Below, piece after piece: positions 62,236 through 64,000 of a DNA stretch of 64,000 nt. Source of the DNA: Anthoceros angustus (lineage: Eukaryota; Plantae; Anthocerotophyta); NCBI GenBank assembly GCA_010909165.1, contig VJWM01000258.1:62001-126000 (forward strand). Reading direction: 5' to 3'. How positions within the stretch are numbered: position 1 is the first letter of the stretch; every line of letters starts with the position of its first letter. The notes below the pieces were generated by a model. The model had not been told where the DNA came from. It did not search any database and saw only the letters and a program-made list of their open reading frames with translations. The translations under genes were made by a program, and so were the position numbers.

Positions 62236-62651
62236 CATGTGGCATGTGGATGGGCATGGACATAAGGATTTGTCCATATATATTAATCATAGAATATTAG
62301 GTTAACATACAAAAGGGACAAAGGGATATTCATAGCATAGATATTTAGATATTATCTAGCAGGCTGATATCGAGGTAAAGGAAATATGATAGCGAGATAA
62401 AGGGCAGCCATGGCCTATATATGTAGGGCCTGGGGGCCATTTAGAACTTGGATCAGCAGATGTTATCACTGTCTGATAGATTATCTTATTGATAATAAAG
62501 GCAGACATACTTGTCCCACATCTTTTCCCCTTTCCTTGCATCTTGTTGGGTGTGTTAGCATCCCGGGTGGCTGGGAGCACTTTTCATTATTCGAGGGATT
62601 AGGATTTTACCAACTTCTTCTTTTTTGTTTTGTGGCTTTGGTATTTTACCA

Positions 62652-64000
62652 ATGGATCTAGAAGCTGCAGCGCCTAGCTCTGAGGAAGTGACGATAGCTG
62701 CAGCTGGCAACCCGAGCTCTAAAGGAGCCGCAGCTGCGCAAATTCCCCATCGCCGTCGCGGTCGTCCATTGGGGTGGAGGAAGAAACTTGCACCGGTGGA
62801 TTCCAAAGCTAATCCTGGAGTTGCAGGAGCTGGAACAATTGCAGGTGGATCTCAAGGAGAGGCCAGAGCAGCTGTCGAGCAAGAGAAAGAAGTTTCCCTC
62901 AAGCGTCGGGGGCGCCCCAACAGATCCAAGAACAAGCCCATCAACTTAGAGGACGGAGGTAAGCCAGATGCTGGGCTTCCCAAAGGATCTAAGGACAAGC
63001 CCGCAGAGGTAGGGGATGTTGCCCACCATGATTTGCAGCATCCCATTCCTGAAGCTGAAGTCGACAATGCCCCGCTTGCTGAAAGTACCGGTCCCGAGGA
63101 GCACAAGCGAAGGAGGAAGAATGAGGAGATGGAGGAAGGTGGCGCTTTGCATGGCCAGGTAAGTCCAAGGAGTATAGAAGCTCCTGGAACCGACAACGAA
63201 GGGGACACATGCGCAATGGAGCATACAGATTATGTTTGGGCAAGGAATGAACTTGCTTGCAGAGAATCGGAGATGTTGAATCGCATAGAATGCTACATGA
63301 TGGGTGATGGTGATTTGGAGCTGAGTGATTTGGAGCCGAAAATTACAGGGCACACGGAGCCAGGGCCAGGTTCTTCGCCTTCTTCTGCAGAGCCGGAGAG
63401 CTTGAGCTTGTGTGAAGGTCTTGATGGTGATGGGAATGTGATTCCCCGCTTCTTGGCATCCACAGGTCCAGAAGGGGATGCGACAGCTTCAGCCAACCCG
63501 AGGAATGCAGAAGCCGCGACTAGTGTGACAATGCCCCGGCGCCGCGGTCGACCCAAAGGGTCTAGGAACAGACCCAAGGCACTAGGGGACCCCGCCAGAG
63601 CCACTGGTGATGTCCAAGGCCAGCATTTGGATATCCCCTTGAAGAAGAGCATCATGAGGGGTATCCCCTTGAAGTGGGCTGATCTGGTTCTTGAAGCTCG
63701 GAAATGTAGTATGCAGGATGGCGTTCAGGGTAATGAGAGGCCATTCAGCAAGCATGCGGCTGTTTTTAACCAACAGGTCATTCAAGAGGATGTCAACTGG
63801 GTTGGGAATGAGGGAATTAATCCTGATCAAGGTCTTCAGGACGAGGATAATCGGAATCAGGATAACCTTGAAGCCGATCTGAATTTAACAACGTCGGTCA
63901 CGGGTTCAGCTGTCAACTTGAATTCCACTGCTGTGCTATTTCTTGAAGCTCGGAACCTTAGGAAACAGGGTGGCGTTCAGGGTTATGAAGGATCATGCGG
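62652..64000 (+). CDS. Long acidic/low-complexity ORF with three AT-hook motifs; open at the window end (>=449 codons)
   Basis: No stop from ATG 62652 to 64000 (checked codon by codon; absent from the ORF track). Motifs RRRGRPLGWRK, KRRGRPNRSKNK and RRRGRPKGSRNR. Confidence 0.7.
   Translation, partial: MDLEAAAPSSEEVTIAAAGNPSSKGAAAAQIPHRRRGRPLGWRKKLAPVDSKANPGVAGAGTIAGGSQGEARAAVEQEKEVSLKRRGRPNRSKNKPINLEDGGKPDAGLPKGSKDKPAEVGDVAHHDLQHPIPEAEVDNAPLAESTGPEEHKRRRKNEEMEEGGALHGQVSPRSIEAPGTDNEGDTCAMEHTDYVWARNELACRESEMLNRIECYMMGDGDLELSDLEPKITGHTEPGPGSSPSSAEPESLSLCEGLDGDGNVIPRFLASTGPEGDATASANPRNAEAATSVTMPRRRGRPKGSRNRPKALGDPARATGDVQGQHLDIPLKKSIMRGIPLKWADLVLEARKCSMQDGVQGNERPFSKHAAVFNQQVIQEDVNWVGNEGINPDQGLQDEDNRNQDNLEADLNLTTSVTGSAVNLNSTAVLFLEARNLRKQGGVQGYEGSC

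Overview
Eukaryotic nuclear DNA from a gene-dense land-plant genome with short GT-AG introns. A PLS-PPR gene ending in the DYW:KP 'DRH' variant points to a hornwort such as Anthoceros, or less likely a fern or lycophyte; this is inference. The first ~35.5 kb is mostly housekeeping genes: a partial APCB1-like aspartyl protease, WDR75/UTP17, an F-box/LRR protein, SAR1, NUP50 (three apparent frameshifts), ClpP3, tRNA-Ala(AGC), HGPT, a YnbD-like dual-specificity phosphatase, a CBL, the intact PPR-E1-E2-DYW:KP(DRH) RNA-editing factor and HISN5/IGPD. It also holds a decayed DYW:KP PPR paralogue. From 35.5 kb on the window is repeat- and transposon-rich. That part contains a 965-bp TA-TSD DNA element whose empty site is visible in a duplicated IGPD upstream block, a degenerate CRE-like (RLE-type) non-LTR retrotransposon, and an AT-rich neprosin-family gene whose two catalytic Glu positions read Q and D. 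It also contains a conserved unknown gene, a DeSI/PPPDE gene, a copia gag relic, a 3,990-bp CACTA-like element with atypical CCCTA ends carrying a composite satellite/(GGA)n array, and a long AT-hook ORF running off the end. Exon structures were read by eye and many coordinates are approximate. No database searches were run.
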